DNA of 63,528 bases, counting the filler, from Hyphochytrium catenoides (taxonomy: Eukaryota; Protista; Hyphochytriomycota): the NCBI GenBank assembly GCA_900088475.1. It is 5 parts of 5 records of this genome, joined end to end, with 100 filler letters (N's around TTAATTAATTAA, not from the genome) between each part and the next. Parts side by side here need not be neighbours in the genome. Positions count along the whole stretch, not along the records: positions 42,030 to 60,285 come from FLMG01003081.1; positions 60,386 to 61,966 come from FLMG01004511.1; positions 62,067 to 63,528 come from FLMG01004111.1; 2 more parts are not named here. The stretch is one strand, 5' to 3'. Shown piece by piece: positions 59,065 to 63,528 of the stretch (the stretch's first letter is position 1; every line of letters begins with the position of its first letter). The translations under genes were made by a program, and so were the position numbers. Below the pieces are notes generated by a model that made no database searches, had not been told where the DNA came from, and saw only the letters and a program-made list of their open reading frames with translations.

Positions 59065-59905
59065 GGAGAGAGAGGAGAGGAAGAGAGAGGAGAAAGAGAG
59101 AGAGAGGGAGAGAGAGAGAGGATAGGGTGATGGGAACGGGTTAGTGAGAAGTGGAAACAGAGAAAGATGGAGGCGCAGAGAGGCAGAATTTAATAGAGCC
59201 AGGGACCAAGCGACGTGAGCAGGAGCGAAGAGGGAGAGAACACGAGTGAGAGGGAAAGAAAAAGAGAAAGAGAAAGGAGGCAGCATCAATACCTGAGAGC
59301 CTTTCATGAGCTACGGATGAGGAGTGACACCTATAAAGAAGCTGCAGGTGCCGGTGCTGTGCCGGGAGACGGCGCCGGAGGAAGCGTGTCCCGAGACTAA
59401 AGCTCATCTCTCTCTCCTTCACTGTCTCAGTCCCTTCCCCACAGTCTCCCCGTCTTATCAATCCGCTTCAATGAGCAGAGTAGCACTAAGCATGGCCTCC
59501 CTGTCTCCGCTGTCATGGAAAGAGAGAGCGCTTCTTGTCACGAGCCTCGATAGGAGCAACAACTGGGCCGTGCTCTTTCCTTTGACGTCTCTCTCCTCTT
59601 TTGCCTGCTCCACAACTGGTCCTTCTTGGGCCTCTTCCCTTCTGCTCTCCCTCTCTCTCTCTCTTCGTTCACTGCCTTTCTGTCTCTCTCTTTCTGTCTC
59701 TCTCCTTCTCTCTCTCTCTCTCTCTCTTCATTCCTCTCTTCGTCTCCTGATTTGGGGTGCCTGTCGGACCACTGCTGACACTCGAAGAGCTGAGAGTTTT
59801 TGTTGGTCGGCGATTCTCATCTTATCGGAAATAGAAAACCTGGTATTACTAACATAGGCTTGTGGAAGACCCATATTCGGAATATCTCCCGGACTGGTCG
59901 AGTAC
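52229..59905 (-). CDS. RNase II/RNB-family protein (Dss1/RNase II-like), multi-exon; 5' end uncertain
   Basis: RNB motifs WILLHICDPTRVIRLGSPVDR|YAALTALTTYFPEGPLRMLP, IVQELLLLANELAGRF and LGLLSYATVTYPLRRYIDLAVHYYIK. TAA at 52229. Upstream exons are partly inside gaps. Confidence 0.8.
58918..59010. repeat. Short direct duplication of catagcgagcaagttcaaaaagagagag, period about 61 bp, in an intron
   Basis: Identical unique core at 58918 and 58979. Confidence 0.85.
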
Positions 59906-59923
59906 TGTAGAGAGGACAACACC

Positions 59924-59967
<44 letters not shown>

Positions 59968-60250
59968 AGAGAGAGAGAGAGAGGAAAAGAGAGAGAAAGA
60001 GAGAGAAAGAGAGAGAAAAAGAGAGAGAGAGAGACAGAGCGAGAGAGAGAGAGAGAGGAAAAAGTGAGATGAAAGAGAAAGAAAGAGAGGGAGAGTGAGG
60101 GGAAGGAAAGGAGCGAGAGGGAGAAGACAGAGAAAGAGAAAGGGAGAGAGAAACCTGAACAGAAAAGAGAGGGAGGGAAGAGTAAGCAATGGACGAGCCA
60201 CACTGAGGATGTTTCCACCCTTGAAGGGTTCCACTGAGTGACAGAGAGGG

Positions 60251-60285
<35 letters not shown>

Positions 60286-60385
60286 NNNNNNNNNNNNNNN
60301 NNNNNNNNNNNNNNNNNNNNNNNNNNNNNTTAATTAATTAANNNNNNNNNNNNNNNNNNNNNNNNNNNNNNNNNNNNNNNNNNNN
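60286..60385. other. Assembly gap with artificial linker (60330-60341)
   Basis: Same 100-bp N/linker structure. Confidence 0.97.
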
Positions 60386-60700
60386 AGAGAGAGAGAGAGA
60401 GAGAAACTGACAGAAGAGACAAATCATGTAGAGGGAACACGACTGTATGAGGAGAAAGAAACCACCGACTGAAGAGGAAGAGAGGCTTACCGGCGCCCAG
60501 GCAGAGAAAGAGTAGCACTGAACGCATGGCTTTCTTTGGAAAGCGAGAGAGGAAAGAGAATAGAAAGAGGAGACACCGCTAATCTCTCCTCGTCTTGGCT
60601 CCCAGTAGGCAACTCCTCGTAGGCAGCGAGACAAAAAGAAAAGGCGGATAAGAGAGAGAAAGAGGGATAAGAGAGAGAAGAGAAGAGAGAGAAGGGAGGG

Positions 60701-60773
60701 AGAAGAGAGAGAAGTGCGGGAAGAAGAGAGAGAAGTGCGGGAAGAAGAGAGAGAAGTGCGGGAAGAAGAGAGA
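60701..60773. repeat. 21-bp minisatellite, about 3.5 copies of agaagagagagaagtgcggga
   Basis: Perfect copies start at 60701, 60722 and 60743. Confidence 0.9.
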
Positions 60774-61421
60774 GGGGTGATGGAGCCCTAAGAGCAAAGG
60801 AGGCACCTTAACGCCATAATATTGCACACACCATCAGGCGAGAGTGAAGCTTTAGAATGATAGAAATTCAGGAGAGAGAGAGAGTGAGAGAGAGGCAGCC
60901 TGGGAGAGAGGAAGACAGACTCAGACAACTGAGAGAACCAGAGAAAGAGGAGCAAAGATGAAGAGAGGGAAAGGAAGGGAGAGAGACGAAAAGCAGCGAG
61001 AGAAAGAGAGTGGGGCGGGCGAAGTAGAGAGCAAGGTGCCGCAGGCACGAGGGCCAAAGGGAGGCGAAGGCTTTCTCAGCCAAACAAAGGAGCAAAAAGT
61101 TACGAGATGAGACGATGACAGGCTCGAGGGCGATGAGGATAAGGAAGAGAGATAGAAGACAGAATGGGCTTGCGCCAGTGAGATGTGTGAAAGGTGATAA
61201 GAAGCTCTGTCAGACGTCAGAGTTGGGGGAGGCCGCAGCTGTCATGAGAGAGAGAGAATGAATGACCTTTGGAGGACAAGCTTCATTCAGACCACCATCG
61301 TGCAATAATGGAGAGAGCGAAGACGAGAGAGAAGAGGAGAATAAAGAAAAAGAGAGAGAAAGAGAGAGAAGAGACAGAGAGCAAGAGACAGAGAGTGAGA
61401 GAGAGAGACAGAGACAGAGAG

Positions 61422-61470
<49 letters not shown>

Positions 61471-61966
61471 AGACAACCTTTCACTCAATGAACTTGCTAA
61501 ATCTCCAAACCCTTTCAAGAGAGTTATCTTTATACTGCACCATAACTCCGCAATCACGCCAAGACCCTGCTATCTATTACTTCTGTGTACTAACTACAAC
61601 AGGCGGAGAATCAATATCGGCATGATTCCATTCTCGGTAACCGGGAAAAAGCTGATTCTGAAATCAAATCATTGATTCTTTACCGATTACGTCGAGAGAC
61701 AGAGTCGACGAACTGACGGGATACGTTGGGGAGAGAGAATTCGAGGAAGAGAGTGCACGAGGTACCAAGCGCATGTACCGTACAAAAGGGCTAAACAGTG
61801 TGGCTGGACTGCCGAACGCGACAGACAGACAGAAAAGAGAGAGAGAAATGAAACAGTGGATGACTAAACCAGGAACTGCTGAAGAATTGGACCAGTGATT
61901 GAGAGACAGAGGGGCGAACGGGAGAGACAGAGACAGAGCTAGCCGAAGAGAGAGAGAAAGAGAGAG

Positions 61967-62066
61967 NNNNNNNNNNNNNNNNNNNNNNNNNNNNNNNNNN
62001 NNNNNNNNNNTTAATTAATTAANNNNNNNNNNNNNNNNNNNNNNNNNNNNNNNNNNNNNNNNNNNN
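61967..62066. other. Assembly gap with artificial linker (62011-62022)
   Basis: Same 100-bp N/linker structure. Confidence 0.97.
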
Positions 62067-62231
62067 CGGAAGGGAGGAAGTGTAAGTAGAAGAGAGAGAA
62101 AGAGAGAGAGAAAGCCTTGTCACACGTTTCTCTTTGATCCACAAGCTTCCTTAGATCCCCTTCTTTCTTTTTTTCGTTAGACAATATTTGCATGTTTTTC
62201 CTTTTGCTATAACCCACCGCAGAAGTTAACA

Positions 62232-62266
<35 letters not shown>

Positions 62267-62581
62267 TATAACTCGTCTCTTCTCTCTCGTTCTCTCTCTC
62301 TTTCTAGATTTACACTCAGATGGCAGCAAACGCGACTCGACCAGCGGCGGTTGCCAAGTCAAAGCTTTCAAAGGCTGAACCTGCAGCAGGAGCCACGAAC
62401 CAGAAGGAAGAATGAGTAGAGAAAGAGAGAGAGAGAGAGGAAGGCTACATCTCTCCCTTCTCCCATAAGCGTAATCTTTTCCTTTCATTTTTCTTGTCCC
62501 TGATCATCTTCTCTCCCTTTCCTCCGGGAGAGGTCACAAGACAGAGATAAAACAATAAAGGAGGAGTTGGGAGTGCAGATG

Positions 62582-62621
<40 letters not shown>

Positions 62622-62942
62622 TTTCAACAATTCTTACTTTCTCTGCTATCCACGATTGCTACCATCTATTGGCGACGGCCTCAACTCTAGAGGGAAGACC
62701 TGTCGCGCATCGCAAGTCGTTCTCTCTCTCTCTTCCTTGTACTTTCTCTCGTTTTCTCTCTCTCTCTCTCTCTCTCTTTCGTTTTTCAATTCCTATTGTC
62801 TCGTACCTAACCAGTTGTCTGGCACTTGTACGGTCAGTACTTCGCTCTCTTGAGGAATGGGATGATAGAGAGAAAGTAAGGACGCCCAACAAATGACTGA
62901 CGTAGGGCTGAATGACAGGCTTGATGCGAGAAGAGAAAGAAA

Positions 62943-62973
<31 letters not shown>

Positions 62974-63123
62974 AAGTCGCAATGTTAGAACAGTAGAGCC
63001 GCAGAAGATTGTATCCTCTTGCTGGATTTCCGGTCCCGGTCAGAGGCTCTCTGGCTCTCTATTTCTCTCTTTCTCTTCTCTCCGCACGAAAGGGCTTGTA
63101 TTAAGAACTTGTTTACCCTCCTC

Positions 63124-63281
63124 TCATTCCTCTTCCGTGTGCTGGAAAACAGGAGAGAGAGGAAACAGTCTCCGTAGCATAGCGACCACTTCTCTCTCTG
63201 TCTTCTCAACGATTGAGGGCGGAGTGAAGCCATCGCGGGCAGAACGCGCAACCGTGATGAGACCGGGAAGAGTTCCAATCT
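63124..63281 (-). CDS. Probable terminal exon of a UPF0489 (C5orf22-like) protein
   Basis: After a TAG acceptor the exon reads EIGTLPGLITVARSARDGFTPPSIVEKTEREVVAMLRRLF...EEE*, resembling the UPF0489 C-terminal motif (TIARS..D..P.......V..ML..L) from memory. This frame is not in the ORF track. Confidence 0.5.
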
Positions 63282-63528
63282 CTAGTCAAAAGAAACACCA
63301 GAAATTGGGAGAGGGAGAGAGAGAGAGAAAGAAGAGAGAGAAAGAGACAGAGAAGGGTTGGATGAGAGAGAAAGTTGAGCAAGATAATATGTTAGAGGCC
63401 ATGTGGCGAAGGCATATAAACAGAATATGAGAAATGCTAACTATCTGTTTCATTCTCCCTTCCTTCTCGCTCTCTGCCCCTCCCTCCTTCCTTTCTTTCT
63501 CTCTTTCTTTCTCTCTCTCTCTCTCTCT

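Noticed and set aside
60701-60773. CRISPR-like or telomeric array
   Set aside because: Contiguous 21-bp repeats without spacers in a eukaryotic context; an ordinary minisatellite.

Overview
Eukaryotic nuclear scaffold from an intron-rich protist (probably SAR/stramenopile, inferred from the oomycete/ochrophyte-style HSF and gene set; not proven). It is saturated with (CT)n/(AG)n microsatellite and broken by assembly gaps, four of them carrying an artificial TTAATTAATTAA linker. Most entries in the supplied ORF track are microsatellite artefacts. Splicing by hand supports about 14 protein genes: a multi-pass membrane/ankyrin-like/LRR protein (-), a heat-shock transcription factor (-), an AAC4-like protein (+), Mediator MED7 (+), a large coiled-coil/EF-hand-like protein (+), a CHY/RING Pirh2-like E3 (+), complex I NDUFS5 (+), a tetraspanin-like protein (-), an L/F-tRNA-protein-transferase-like enzyme (+), a TEY MAP kinase with two C-terminal WW domains (-), an ARM-like/BTB protein (+), a HERP-like UBL membrane protein (+), an RNase II (RNB) family protein with a degenerate active site (-), and the last exon of a UPF0489-like gene (-). 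I saw no rRNA, tRNA, CRISPR array or intact transposon. The best leads are the MAPK-WW-WW fusion, the RNB pseudonuclease, the TM-ankyrin-LRR receptor-like architecture, the ATEL1-like transferase and the transcription-strand-polarised microsatellites. I found no evidence for a multi-gene novel system. All family assignments come from motif recognition, not database searches.
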